In this document: positions 51,186 through 62,159 of the stretch, piece after piece
Position numbering within the stretch: the stretch's first letter is position 1
Layout: each line of letters starts with the position of its first letter
From: Vicugna vicugna
Lineage: Eukaryota
Direction of reading: 5' to 3'
Length of the DNA: 64,000 nt
Assembly: GCA_013265495.1 (NCBI GenBank)
Contig: MU061578.1
Span: 2,675,308-2,739,307, forward strand
The notes under the pieces: generated by a model
The model's database searches: none
Seen by the model: only the letters and a program-made list of their open reading frames with translations
Told to the model about the DNA's origin: nothing
Made by a program: the position numbers and the translations under genes

Positions 51186-52269
51186 AGTAAGGGGAAAATG
51201 AAGTGAGAAAAAAATGCAGAAGAGAGGACAGATCCTGTCTCTGTGACAGTGGCCAGGAAGGCAGGCCAAGGGTAAAACTGTGTTAATAGGGTTCCCAGAT
51301 GGAATGCAGGTGTAGCCCTCTGCTTCCAGCTTGTTCTTCTTTTTTTTTTTTTTTCTCCAGCTTCTTGAAGAGAGAACATTTCTGCTTCTGACAGCAGATG
51401 AAAGGGAGAGGTGGGGAGCAAGAATGCCGTTCCCTGTTGGCCTCGTTCCTGAGAATTCGTGCCTCTGCCTTAGGGCCATTCTCAAACCTTGTTCAAGGAT
51501 AGAATGATTTATTGATGGCCATAATTAAAAAGCAATGTCAGAAAGAAGCAGTGTCAGCACTTTTCATCTGCAGCTGCACATGAGAGAGAGCAGTTTGGCA
51601 AAATGGGCACTAGAGTCTGATCTCCCTGTCCAGAAAAGGGCTGCCATCGTGCGATGTGGTGTTGGGGTCAGGCCTCATCTCTGTAGCAGGAGTTGATAAG
51701 GTTTTACATTCCCACAGGTAAACTGAGCCACATGTTCTCATTTCCAGCACTTCTGTACGGACCCAGTGGATTTTCAACAGGTGGCACTCCAGGTGTGTAC
51801 ACCTGGAGTGTGGTTTTGAGCCCCTGTGGGGGTCGTCTTTCCATCACTGTCTTGGCTGTCGTTCTAAACGAGCCTGTCCACACAAGACTGGAGCATTGGG
51901 TTGATTTAAGGTGGTTGGTTGACTTGATTTAGCAGCTGTTCTTCCCCACTGATTTCATTCTAGCTGGTTCGTAAGACCTTTCTTCTTCAGTTTTGGGAAC
52001 GTGAACTTAATGAAGCTCTGGACCCCACAAATCAAGAGGAAAATGAGGATATGTTTACAGCTTAATATGTTAGGTTAGTTCAAAGGAATAAGTGAATGGC
52101 ACATAGGAGGTTCTTAAATTATTGTTAAATAAATGAATGCATGAAAGTGTGTATATGCCCAAATGGACTATTGGCAAATAGTTACTGTCCCACCTGAGAA
52201 GAGTAAGTAGGAACTGAGCAAATGTTTGGGGAGAGGGAGAGCTCTTATTGAGTGTATTGAGTAATGCAT

Positions 52270-52362
52270 TTTTTTTTTGATGGAGGTACTGGGGATTGAA
52301 CCCACGACCTCATGCATGCTAAGCATGTGTTCTACTACTGATCTATACCCTTCCAAGCCCCC
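52270..52362 (-). mobile_element. tRNA-derived SINE (camelid Vic-1-like)
   Basis: tggaggtactggggattgaacccacgacctcatgcatgctaagcatg..ttctactactga.ctataccc; flanks atgcatttt. Confidence 0.92.
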
Positions 52363-54474
52363 TGTTATGCATTTTAATTTCACTAAAGGTTTATTTCATA
52401 GGTTTATTTAATTATTATTTATAGGTTTATGTTAACCCCACTACAGTATTTTTTCCCAGATTGACTTTGGACCAAATCAAGATCTGCTTCCTACTGGTTC
52501 AGTTCATACCTGGCCATGTACAAAGCGGGCAGAGGGTGGGAGGGAGTTCAATTAAATCCAACAAACATGTGTTGAATGCCTGCTAAGGGCAAAGCTCAAT
52601 GCTTTATGCCAGGGAGACACCAAAATAAATGAGGGGCATCCCTACTACTCTCAGCCACAGCCTGCTGTGGGAACAAGGGTTGTAAGAAACAGAAATCCAT
52701 TCTTGCTAGCTCAAGGGAAAGGACCGCAAGGTGAGGCTCTAACAGGCAAACTCATGAGCATGGAAACAAAATTAGAGGGAATTAGGGAATAGAAACTGCA
52801 GTTATAGAAGCCAAACTTCTTTCTGGTTCTCAGAAGCCCCATGGATTTGCTTACCTCTGCTTCTCTCACTTCCAACCACCTTTCTCTTTTTGCCCCTGGA
52901 TCATCACAGGAGACAGCAGAGCCCACCACCAGCTGATTAGGTACTACATATCTTGGTTCAAGTCTTGAGAAAGAATTGGGTTTCCCACCAACCAACTGAA
53001 CACAGGGAGGGGACGAAGTATAAATATGGTGCCTAGCCTTGCCTTCCAGCAGGGTCTCTGTGTAGGGAAATTCCAAGAAAAGGTAACTGTGAGCACTGCA
53101 GGCACCCCAGAATATGCTCTATTTTTAACTCTCTGTCTCCCCCCGCCCCCAGCTAGAATGTAAATACCACAAGGTAATCTATGATAGTACTTGTCTCAAA
53201 ATGTTTGAGAAAGGGAGGGAGAAAGGAAGGGGTTGGATCAAACTTTGGACTTCCTGGTTTCCTAAATTCACTCTGCAAGTATTTGAGAAATAAACATCCG
53301 TCCCTGAGAACCAAAGGAAGGAGCTGAATCTAGCTAGGTTTGTTCCCAGACCTGAAATGCTCTGCTGGATGAATTACCTGCACCTCGCCTTAACAGACAG
53401 TGTGGGAGTATGCACTGTACCCCGATTAAAGCATAATTAGCAAGTAGCAGGAGTCGCATTCACTAGAAGAGCTCATCCTACTTCCTGTTTCACTTGCATA
53501 ATTATCCATGTCTTTGCCAGACTGAAATGACAGCAGAGAAGACTCCCAGAATGACAGAGTCAGAAAGGCCCTTGGAAATCATTAACCCTGCTCGGTCTGT
53601 AGGTGGGGAAACTGAGGCACAAAGAGAGAGCAAGGGCTTACAAGAGCCAAGACCAGGGGTCCTGCCTCCGAGTCCAGCCCCCCTTCTGCAGCACTGTGTG
53701 ACCCAAGTGAAACCAGATCCTTTGCAGTCTCTGGAATTCCAGGCACAGCCAACAGTGTCGCCTTCATGTAGTTTTTCCAGCCAGGTCCCCGACTGTCTCC
53801 AGAGTAGAAAATGCAACTTAAGGACCACTGAGCTGGCTGCTCCCTGCATATTTCTTGGCTTCTTCTCTTCTGTCTTGTTTTGCCCATGTTCCAAAACTGG
53901 CCCTTGACAGGCATAAAGAGGCTTCAGCAGCAGGAGGGAGGAACCAACTGGGCACTGAAAACCTCTGCTGGGTCATGAGTGATCCCCGGGCACTGATTGG
54001 ATTTAGAAAATGACTTTGTCAGGGTGGAAATAACCCAAACACCAGGGAGATGGTTCCCTTTGTACAATTACTGACATGTGCCATGTGCCAATGGAAGGGT
54101 CATGCTCCCCAAACTCATTTTAGGTTAGTTGTTTGAAACTTGGGTAATACTGCTTTGGGGGGAAATGGATTCTATGATTGGCTCCCAGGCTAGTCTACTT
54201 AACTAGTGTTATAAATGATCTCTGGGTCCCAGGGCATGGAAGCCAGAATCCATAGGGTGCAGGAGGAAGAAGTTTCTGTGTCCATGGCTTCCTCCAATTC
54301 CTCCTCCCACATCCTCCCAGTGGCTCTAGATCCCGAGGTTTCCCCAGATACTGGAGTGATCCAGGTTTTGACAGCTGTCTGCCCTTCCCCTGGTCCCTAA
54401 GGGGCAATCTGCTAGAATTAATCCACACGCACATGTGAATGACTAACAGCCCCTGAATCGGGGGTTCTGACATT

Positions 54475-54650
54475 TTAGTGGGCACTAAAACCACAGGGAG
54501 AGGTTGTTAAAATGCAGACTCCTGGACCCCACCCTACAACTGTGGTTTCAGCAATGGCTAGAGTGAGGACCCAGGAATCTGTGTTTTTAATAAGCAACTC
54601 AATTGATTCCAATGTTGATGGTAGAAAACACCGTGGAGAAACACTAGAAC
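54475..54650. mobile_element. MER5-like DNA transposon
   Basis: ttgttaaaatgcagactcctggacccca...cccaggaatctgtgtttttaataagc...ggagaaacact. Confidence 0.75.
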
Positions 54651-54980
54651 AGGTGAAATGGCAGGTGTTCATAATTCCAGGGTGATTTGCTCTTTACTGG
54701 GTGGAGAAAGTCACACAGAACAGGATCCAGGATGTTACAGGCTTAAAGAGATGGGTGCGGGCAGTAAAGGCAAGCTGCTCCCTGGGTAAATTATCTCTGT
54801 TCTTCCATTTCATCTGCTGTGATGGTATGGCTCAGTCACCAGGAAGCTGTAACAAGAGGGTTCCTTATAGATTTCAGAAGCCTTCCATTATTCATTTGTG
54901 AGGCTCCAAAGATTCTTGCCCATTTGGGCTCTGCCTACCCCTAACAGAGTACTCTCATTCAGGGTACGCATAGGCTGCAA

Positions 54981-55725
54981 TGCTCAACATCTTCAGGCAT
55001 TCAGGAAATGCAAATCAAAACCACAATGAGATACTTCACGCTCACTAGGTTGGCCATAATCAAAAAAGGGAAAATAGCAAGTGTTGGCGAGGATGTGGGG
55101 AAATTGGAATCCTCGAACATTGCTGGTGGGAAGGTAAATGATGCAGCCATTATGGAACATAGTTTGGTAGTTCCTCAAAAAGTTAAACACAGAATTACCA
55201 TATGATCCAGCAATTCTACTCCTAGGTATATACCCAAGAGAACGGAAAGCAGGGACTCAAAACAGATGCTTGCACATGAGTGTTCACAGCAGCATTATTC
55301 TCAGCAGCCAAAAAAGGGAAATAACCCAAACGTCCATCAACTGATGGATGGATAAACAAATCCTGGTCTATCCACACAATGGAATATTATTCAGCCATAA
55401 AAAGGAATGAAGTACAGATTCATGCTACGGCATAGATGAAGCTGGGAAACATAATGCTCAGTGACAGAAGCCAGAAACAAAAGGTCACATATTGCATGAG
55501 TCCATTTCCATGAAATGTCTGGAAGAGGTGAATCCATAGAGACAGAAAGCAGATGAATGACTGTCAGGGGGCAAGGAAGTGACAGCTAATGGACAGAGTC
55601 TCCTTTTGGGAGGATGAAAATATTTCAGAACTGGAAATAGGTGGTGGTGGCACAATTGTGAATGTACTAAATGTCACAGAATTATTCACTTTAAAATGAT
55701 AATGGTTAATTTTATGTTAATTTTA
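54981..55725 (+). mobile_element. Old L1 (L1MB-like) ORF2 end plus 3' UTR
   Basis: MQIKTTMRY motif; cagaattaccatatgatccagcaatt.tactcctaggtatatacccaagagaa; gtgaatgtactaaatgtcac. Confidence 0.9.
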
Positions 55726-56942
55726 CTGGGATGGGGGATGCCGGGCAGGAGCATGGGCTGTAATCAAACTTCCCAGGTTCCATACCAGCTCTGCTGTATG
55801 ACCCTGAGCAAACTCTGTCTCAGTTTCCTGCAAAGGGGTAAAGCTCTAAGAAGGAGCTATCATAGTTCCCACCTTGCAGGGCTGTTGGGAGCTTTAGGTG
55901 AATAAATGTTTCCAGGTACTCAGAAAAAGACATTGGCATGTGGTGTGATGGGAAACATATGCTGTGATTCCATCACACAGACCCCCACCCCCTGTTATAC
56001 ATGCCAACCAAGGCTTGTTCAAGTTCACAAGCAAGTTCAGAAGCCAAGTGAGGGTTGGCACTCAGCTCTCATAGATTCAAAGTCCCTGCTCTTCCCCTGT
56101 CAACCATCTGATGTGATCCCTGACCAGGAATCTTAACACCCCGAGGCCCCAGTCCCTGATAGCAGTACAACTTCTTTCTGACAACCCCACACGTGGTTGG
56201 CTGTCAGGCCTGCCTACAAGGCTGAAACAAAAAAGCAACAACTGTTTTTGCTTCTTTCTCATTCAAAGCCTTGGCCCCCCTTGGAGGACTTTACCTACCA
56301 GCAGTCTCACAGTGGGTTTTTTCCCCCCACATTTGGTTCAATTCCTATGTTTTCAATAACAATCTAGCTTACTCACATTCCCCAGTATCTGCCTTCCTCT
56401 CTTATGTAGAGAGAAGTAAGTCTACACCCATCTACATCTAGATATCCTTCCTGATTCCACTGGTTCCCTCAGTGCAGCCCATGGGAGTCCTAGGAAGAAC
56501 CCTGGGATGTTTGCCAAGAATTAGGCCCACTGGACACTTGATATAGAATCAGATCATCACAAGCAGATGAGGAAAATCATCCCACAAGAACAAGAAGTGT
56601 CCAAATCCCAGGCTCTTAGCTTCCGGACACAGAATAACCCAAAGGAACTTGGTCTCCCTGCACCTACCTTCCTCATCAGCTTCAGCAGCCAACAGCAACT
56701 TACCCCAGGCTGTGAGGTCTGTTTGAGGAAACAGATCCAATCTGGCAAGTGTGAGATGTGATGAACCCTTGCTTTGTGGCTAACGTTGGACCCCAAGAAA
56801 ACAAGTCTGAAGCCTAGAGAGACAGCCCCTGGATTAAGTGAGGCAACCTGGAGGGTGTTGGGGAAGGTGATCTTAAGACCCATGGACTCTCCGGCAGCAT
56901 CCATTCATAGAACTTATCAACACCTTCTTCTTTATCCACAAG

Positions 56943-57086
56943 GTCGTTGGATTGAAGATCACGGAGTCATTCACAACATGATGTTTAACACAGAGACATT
57001 CAAGAAGTACTCCTACAAGACCACAGAACAAGACTGAGTGGTGGGACAATGGTGTTCTTCCCCTCTGGATCACAGCCCAGAGACAG
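56943..57086 (+). pseudogene. ENPP7-like: ENPP7-like exon 2 with 2-nt deletion (~57023-57026) and premature stop
   Basis: Acceptor cttcttctttatccacaag|GTCGTTGG; reads (G)RWIEDHGVIHNMMFNTETFKKYSYKTTEQD* and in the shifted frame QNKTEWWDNGVLPLWITAQRQ|gtaccg; 144 nt versus 146 needed to join phase 1 to phase 0. Confidence 0.9.
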
Positions 57087-57220
57087 GTACCGTCAGAAAC
57101 CCTGAGCTCACTTCTTGGGATGTCACCTCTTATTCTTGGGCATGTGGACAGTGGTTAGAAGCTGTGTGGCCTTGGGAAATTGACTTATCCTCTCTAAGCA
57201 TCTGTTTCTCTAAATGTGAT

Positions 57221-57326
57221 GGGGGGGAGGGTATAGCTCAGTGACAGAGGATGTGCTTAGCATGAACCAGGTCCTGGGTTCAATTCCCAGTATCTCCATT
57301 AAAAAATAATACTAGTAAAAAATTTT
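57221..57326 (+). mobile_element. tRNA-derived SINE (camelid Vic-1-like)
   Basis: ggggagggtatagctcagtgacagaggatgtgcttagcatgaaccaggtcctgggttcaattcccagtatctcc plus A tail; TSD AATGTGAT. Confidence 0.92.
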
Positions 57327-57337
57327 AATGTGATATA

Positions 57338-57433
57338 AGAAAATGAAAAGGAATATATGTATGACTGAAACATTATGCTGTACACCAGAAATTGACACAA
57401 CATTGTAAACTGACTATACTTCAATTTTTTAAA
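57338..57433 (+). mobile_element. Short L1 3'-end insertion with TSD
   Basis: gtatgactgaaacattatgctgtacaccagaaattgacacaacattgtaaactgactatacttcaa; TSD AATGTGATATA at 57327-57337 and 57434-57444. Confidence 0.88.
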
Positions 57434-57984
57434 AATGTGATATAGGGTTCATGATGATGTGCCTATTGAAAAGAATTGATGTAAGGATTAAATAAAATGT
57501 GCATTTAATGCATATCTCAGTAAGTTTTAGCTGTTATCGAAGGTTGAGTCTCCATGAAGGCAGGGTCAGCATAATCATGATTGTACCTCCATGGCTCATC
57601 ATAGGGTCTGGACCCAACAGCTCTTTAATAAATATCTCTTTATACACTTGCCTTGGACTTAGGCATAAAAGCCCTTAGGAACAAAGTTGACCATTCAATG
57701 CATGAAAAGCTCTGATGAGAACATTTGCTTGAAAGTATTCCAGTGGCTATTCATTATTGCTTCAAAAAGGCAGATACTGTAATTGTGCATTTAACTTCCA
57801 GCCCCAAACCTATTGTCAGCTTCGTGTTTTCTGCATGAGCTTCCAAAGTCATCACTTCAGAATAGATCCTCTTCATCCTCCCCTAAGACACCAGCCTCGG
57901 TGCCAAAGCTGCCCTGGGTCCTAACACTGCATCTCTGTTCCCAGCCCATACTGTACATGTTACATGGAAAGAGGGAGTAATTGC

Positions 57985-58220
57985 AACAGCTCAGAATGCA
58001 GGCTGTGGACTTAGACTCCCAGAGCAGGATCTGACCAGCTCCACCGTTCTCCAGCTGCATGACCTTGGGCAATGACCTGCTCTTTGTGCTTGATTCTCCC
58101 CACTCATAGAATAAGGATTGTCAGAGTCCCTGCTTCATAGGATCATTGGGAGAATTAACTGAGATAATGCATCTAAGGTGCTTAGCACTAACTGCCCAAA
58201 ACTGTCATTCTGATAAATGG
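57985..58220 (+). mobile_element. MIR SINE
   Basis: ccagctgcatgaccttgggcaa...gggagaattaactgagataatgcat.taaggtgcttagcac. Confidence 0.75.
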
Positions 58221-58262
58221 AGGCTGAATCATTTCAGCATGTCTTCAGCTGGTCATTATAGC

Positions 58263-58487
58263 TCTAAGCCAGAACTACCCAACGGAATATTCTGTGATGA
58301 TGGACATGTTTTATTTTGCACCGTCCAATATGGAAGCCACAAGGCACAGGTGGTAATTGTGCCCTTGAAATATGGTTAGTGAGACCAAGAAACTGAACTT
58401 TTAATTGTATGTAATGCTAATTAATTTAAATTTAAATCTAAATACCACATAGACGAGAGGCTAGCATGTTGGAAAATACAGCTCTAG
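58263..58487. mobile_element. MER3-like hAT-Charlie DNA transposon
   Basis: ttctgtgatgatggacatgtt...gtccaatatggaagccac...cttgaaatatggttagtgagac.aagaaactgaacttttaatt...cagctctag. Confidence 0.85.
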
Positions 58488-58842
58488 AAGGATCATAGCG
58501 GGCTGTCAGTGACCCTACTCTACCTTGGGTTCATTTTCTCCCCCTAACTGTTGGGCTCTAGATTCCTTCCTCTGCTGACACATTTTTAAACTTGGAGGCA
58601 TAGACCATGCAAATAAAACCTGTCCTCCCAAGAAAATAACATTCATAACATTCACTATGCACCAGGCAATGATTTAAGTGTTTTATGTATATTAATTTAT
58701 AACCCTGAAGTAGGTGCTAAGATTACACCCCTTTAACAGATAAGTAGAGTGAGGCACCAGGCGATACCATAACTTCTCAAAGTCACAAAGCTAGCAAGAG
58801 GCAGCGCTGGGATTTGAACTCACTCTGGGTCCAGCAACTCTT

Positions 58843-60371
58843 TTCTTTTTTTAATTGAAGTATAGTTGATTTGCAATATTGTAGTAGTTTCTGGTATACA
58901 ATAAAGTGATTCAGTTATACATATATATTATTTTTCATATTCTTTACCATTATAGGTTATTACAAAATACTGAATATATGCGCTTCACCCTGTGCTATAC
59001 AATAGAACCCTGTTGTTTATCTATTTTATATATAGTAATTTGTATCTGCTAATCACAAACACCTAATCTATCCCTCCCCCACCCCCTTTCCCCTTTGGTA
59101 ACCGTAAGTTTGTTTTCTGTGAGTCTGTTTCTGTTTTGTAAATAAGTTCATTTGTATCATTTTTTAAGATTCCAAATATAAGTGGTATCATGTGATACTT
59201 GTCTTTGACTTTCTTCACTAAGTATAATAATCTCTAGGTCCAACCATGTTGCTACAAATGACATTACTTCATTCTTTTTATAGCTGAGTTGTATTCCATT
59301 GTGTGTGCATGTATATATATACACCACTTCTTTTTTCGTAGGGGAGGTAATTAGGTTTATTTATTTTTTAATGGAGGTACTGGGGATTGAACCCAGGACC
59401 TGGTACATGCTAAGCAGTCACTCTACCACTGAGCTATATGCCCCACCAATTCCACAACTTCTTTATCCAATCATTTAGGTTGCTGCCATGTCTTGGCTAT
59501 CGTAAATAGTGCAGCTATGAATGTTGAGGTGCAGGTATCTTTTCAAATTAGAGTTTTCTCCAGATATATGCCTGGGAGTGGGACTGCTGGATCATATGGT
59601 AACTCTATTTTTACTTTTTGAAGGAATTGCCATACTATTTTTCCATAGTGGCTACACAAAACTGCATTCCCACCAACAATGTAGGAGGGTTCCCTTTTCT
59701 CCACATCCTCTTCAGCATTTATTGTTTGTGGACTTTTTATTGATGGCCATTCTGACCAGTGTGAGGAGATACCTCATTGTAGTTTTGGTTTGCATTTCTC
59801 TGATAATTAGCAATATTAAATATCTTTTCATGTGTCTATTGGCCATCTGCATGTCTTCTTTGGAGAAATAGCTGTTTAGGTTTCTGCCCATCTTTTGATG
59901 GGGCTATTTGTGTATTTTTGTTATTGAGTTGTATGAGCTATTTTTACATTCTGGAAGTTAAGCCCTTGTCAACTGCATCATTTGTAAATATTTTCTCCCA
60001 GTCCATAGGTTGTCTTTTCCTTTTCTTTATGGTTTCCTTTGCTGTGCAAAAGCTTATAAGTTTAATTAGGCCCTATTTGTTTATTTTTGCCTTTACCTTG
60101 GGAGACTAACCTAGGAAAACACTGCTACAATTTATATCAGAGAATGTTTTGTCTATGTTCTCTCCTAAGAGATTTATGGTGTGCTGTCTTAGTTTAAGTC
60201 TTTAAGCCATTTTGAGTTTATTTTTGTGTATGGTGTGAGGGAGTGTTCTAAGTTCATTAATTTATATGTGCTGTCCAGCTTTCTCAACACTTTTTGCCAA
60301 AGAGGCTGTCTTTTCTCCATTGTATATTCTTGCCTTCTTTGCTGAAGATTAATTGACTATAGGTGTGTGGT
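58843..60371 (-). mobile_element. 5'-truncated lineage-specific L1 (same family as 915-2180), inserted in a MIR
   Basis: PolyT then ttgaagtatagttgatttgcaat; antisense ORF2 end (cattcccaccaacaatgtaggagggttccc; gatggccattctgaccagtgtgag); TSD CAGCAA(C/A)TCTT at 58832-58842 and 60372-60382. Confidence 0.93.
59334..59450 (-). mobile_element. tRNA-derived SINE (camelid Vic-1-like) nested in L1
   Basis: tggaggtactggggattgaacccaggacc..gtacatgctaagca...ctctaccactgagctata; TSD CAC(C/A)ACTTCTTT. Confidence 0.92.
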
Positions 60372-62159
60372 CAGCAAATCTTAACTCTTAACCATGATAC
60401 AGTATTTCTTCTGTGGCCAAAGCATTTAGCCATGCATTTCAGAGTGAATCTTGTGTTTGCCTAGCTGCTAAGGAGGTCTGGATAGTCTTCCTGAATTCAC
60501 TATTCAAAACTCAGGACCGCTCTTGCTATGAAATTTGTTCACTGGCATGAGGTTTCTGGTAACATTTTCTCATGCCTTCTTCTTGTCTCCTTGTCATTTA
60601 TTTGCAGGACTTTGCTTCCTTCTGCTCAAGTCATAATCAGAGTACTTTTCCTCCTTGCTGAATTCATAAGTGGTTGTACGAAGAGAGGCTGGTGCAGGGC
60701 CAAGTGACTGACAACATGCCACTCGTTTGGCAAGTGAATGTCAAGTTGGTGTATCGCGTTCTGCCACTGGCAACTCCCACCAGGGACAGGGCCATCAGTC
60801 GGCTCCCTGAGGAGCTGGCACAAAAGCTGCTTTAGTCAGAGCAAACCTGCGGGCCCAGGTCAGCCCCCTGGAAATAGGGGAACAAATGCCAAATGCCATT
60901 CAGGGGCACATCTGCATTGCCAGGGAGGGCTGGGGGGTGGCCTGCCCTATATCCATCATTGGGAAAATCCATCCTTCTCCTGAGTCTCTTCCAAGGCTGG
61001 CTTTGTGGAGATGGATGCATTAACTTTTTAATAGGACGAGAAAACATTCTCACACTAGTGCCACAGGAGTCCATCAAGATATGTGAGAATTGGTGTGTCT
61101 CAGTGGAGAATGCCTAGAAAACAGGATTCCTGACCACCTTTGGGTCCATTATCCATAGCCCACAAGCATATTCACACCCCATCAGGACTTCGCCAATGGT
61201 CAGGCTACAAACAGAGAGGCACCATTGAGAGCAGGCTGGGATTTTAAATGAGCACCCAGGATAACTGAACATGATCAATGGCTGAGGTGTTTCACCAAGT
61301 TCAGAAGTCCTAATTCTCAGAGGAAGGCAGGCAGCCATGACTGTAAGATCCAAGAAAACCATAAAAACCTAGGGGCATGTTTATCCTCTCCGTGGAAGAG
61401 CCACAAAACATAGTAAGATGTGAAATGGCAGAGGAATGACGTGGGTGAGATCCTCAGGGCTGCTAAGAGTCTGCAACAGGACTGGGTAGGCTACCACCAG
61501 GAGGTGATCTGGAGAAAGGGTGGGGAAGGCAGCTATGTTCTCAGTGTTTGCTGGGTCTTCTACACAATAGCTTCCAAACTCGAAGAGCTGTAGGAAAGAG
61601 CATGCCAGCAGCTTCTGCTCAGAAGAGCTTTATAGCTAGATGACCATCCCAATACTGGCCAAAACCATGTCTCTATCACACATCATAAAGGCTCTAAGAA
61701 TAATAATCTGACCTCTGAAAGAGTGTCAGAGGGGAAGAAAATACAGAATCTTGGCCATCTAGGTTCCTTCTGTTCAGTGACTCCTCCAGAACACAGGAAA
61801 GCAATGAAAACACTCAGAACCAATCTTGACTTCTGAATTTCAAATACATGGAATCCATCTCTTCCCACTCAGTCACTCCCTAGAGTAACTAACTCCTTTC
61901 TCTAAAACACACATACTCCCCCACAAAAGCACAACTGTGATGAACACTTCACCAGCCTTCCTAAAACCCATGTGCCTTGTGATGTTAATTCTGTCACCTA
62001 AAGGAAGAGACAAGACAAAATGCAAAACCAAATGGAAACTCTTCCTTTGATGATTGGTTCTGAACAGTAGATTCTGTACAAAACCCAACAGTCAGGCTTT
62101 GCCCTAAGAAGTACCAACTCTTGTTTTAAAGAAGCACTTAAGAATAATAGCCACACTGA

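Larger units (their letters stand above)
42421..57086 (+). pseudogene. ENPP7-like: ENPP7-like (ectonucleotide pyrophosphatase/phosphodiesterase 7 / alkaline sphingomyelinase paralogue), exons 1-2, frameshifted in exon 2; no later exons found in window
   Basis: Exon 1 and exon 2 join through a phase-1 GT-AG intron (42671-56942) to give ...TMTSPSHFTTISG/RWIEDHGVIHNM...; the ENPP7-type WWDNG..P.WITAQRQ motif follows in a shifted frame after TGA 57035-57037. Confidence 0.88.
57150..57540 (+). mobile_element. MIR SINE hosting a Vic-1-like SINE and an L1 tail
   Basis: agctgtgtggccttgggaaattgactta.cctctctaagc.tctgtttctc...gtaaggattaaataa. Confidence 0.7.

Noticed and set aside
42421..57086. Calling the gene canonical ENPP7
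   Set aside because: By recollection the peptide is too divergent from human ENPP7 for a placental orthologue and intron 1 is far longer than in that compact gene. Kept as ENPP7-like pending a tree and synteny check.
57221..57300. tRNA genes (here and at the five similar loci)
   Set aside because: A/B boxes are present, but each copy is degenerate, has an A-rich tail and is flanked by TSDs, so these are SINEs.
60608..60900. Possible ENPP7-like exon 3 after the acceptor-like tttatttgcag
   Set aside because: All three frames stop within about 100 nt and none shows the expected G....S..(Y/F)PG or EPD..GH motifs. No exon 3 was found in 57087-64000.
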